A stretch of 63,618 bases of DNA, counting the filler, from Pirum gemmata (taxonomy: Eukaryota): the NCBI GenBank assembly GCA_002812295.1. It is 21 parts of 21 records of this genome, joined end to end, with 100 filler letters (N's around TTAATTAATTAA, not from the genome) between each part and the next. Parts side by side here need not be neighbours in the genome. Positions count along the whole stretch, not along the records: positions 60,839 to 63,618 come from PDIN01004624.1; 20 more parts are not named here. One strand, 5' to 3'. A program made the position numbers and the translations under genes. The notes below the pieces were generated by a model, which ran no database searches, was not told the origin of the DNA, and saw only the letters and a program-made list of their open reading frames with translations. The first letter of the stretch is position 1, and each line of letters starts with the position of its first letter. Positions 62,860 to 63,618 of the stretch are shown piece by piece.

Positions 62860-63618
62860 CTACAGTAAAACAGTAATAATAAATGAAAATAATATAATAT
62901 TAACGTTACGTTATACTCGTAAACTAATATTGTTGTTATATATTGTTGTTATTATACAGATCACAGTTATAAACCATTATAATTCATGATAAATAGGTAG
63001 TTATAATATTGATAATAATAATAAATAGAATCGATAATAATATGTATTAAATTTAGCATTCGTTAGGTTTGTGTAGATTTGCTGGACGTGTCATCCTTAA
63101 CGTAAATAAGTTAGTGGTTAGGGGGAGGGGAGGGGAGGTTTAGGTTCAGGCTTAGACTTAGGCTTAGGCTTAGGCTTAGGCTTAGAGAAATAAAAAATTT
63201 AAAAAATAGTTTAATTAAAATAAAAATGTTACTAAAATAAATTTTAATAGGCCCCAACAAGTTAGAAAAATCAAAATAAAAACCACAAAATGATGAACCA
63301 TATGTAACAATATCAATAGCAACAACAACAACGGTTATAATAGTTAGTAGTGGTAGTAGTAACTGTATTATTTGGACTATAGTAGTGTTAACAATAAGAA
63401 TAATGATGAGAATGAGAATGATAGAAATGATAATGATAGTAATAATAATTTAATAACAGTACTACTACTACTTAATAGCTAACATTGAAAACTATATAAA
63501 ATTACCGGTGTAAGCATTCCTGGAATTGGTACGTAAGTATATTCGTGATCAAATGAATCTCCTGCAATTATTAGGATCATATTTACCATAATAATAATAA
63601 TAATAACAATAATAATAA

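Overview
Very AT-rich eukaryotic DNA, and not one contiguous locus. It is about 21 short contigs (mostly ~2.75-2.8 kb) joined by an artificial N44-TTAATTAATTAA-N44 spacer, so nothing can be inferred from adjacency across spacers. The gene content (tyrosine kinase, PITPNM/rdgB LNS2 exon, VWD-type protein, class-C-GPCR-like receptors, GT-AG introns, TTAGGG-type repeats) points to a holozoan, possibly a unicellular one such as an ichthyosporean (inference). Host genes recognised: AAAP amino-acid permease, Nramp, HSL-family hydrolase, DUF4436 protein, PAN+ricin-B lectin, CDK and tyrosine-kinase terminal exons, two 8-TM class-C-GPCR-like paralogues, several orphan secreted or GPI-type proteins, and a signal-peptide-bearing tri-ubiquitin-like protein. 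Mobile DNA: a decayed Fanzor (eukaryotic TnpB) with a candidate omega-RNA hairpin and an adjacent inverted partial copy, ISL2EU/Harbinger and Copia remnants, several MITE families and P-element-like footprints. Most notable: the Fanzor locus, the secreted ubiquitin-like protein lacking K48, telomere-like arrays inside introns (including complementary arrays flanking one exon), and tandem amplification of splice acceptors and gene 3' ends. Family calls come from motif recognition by eye; no database search was run.
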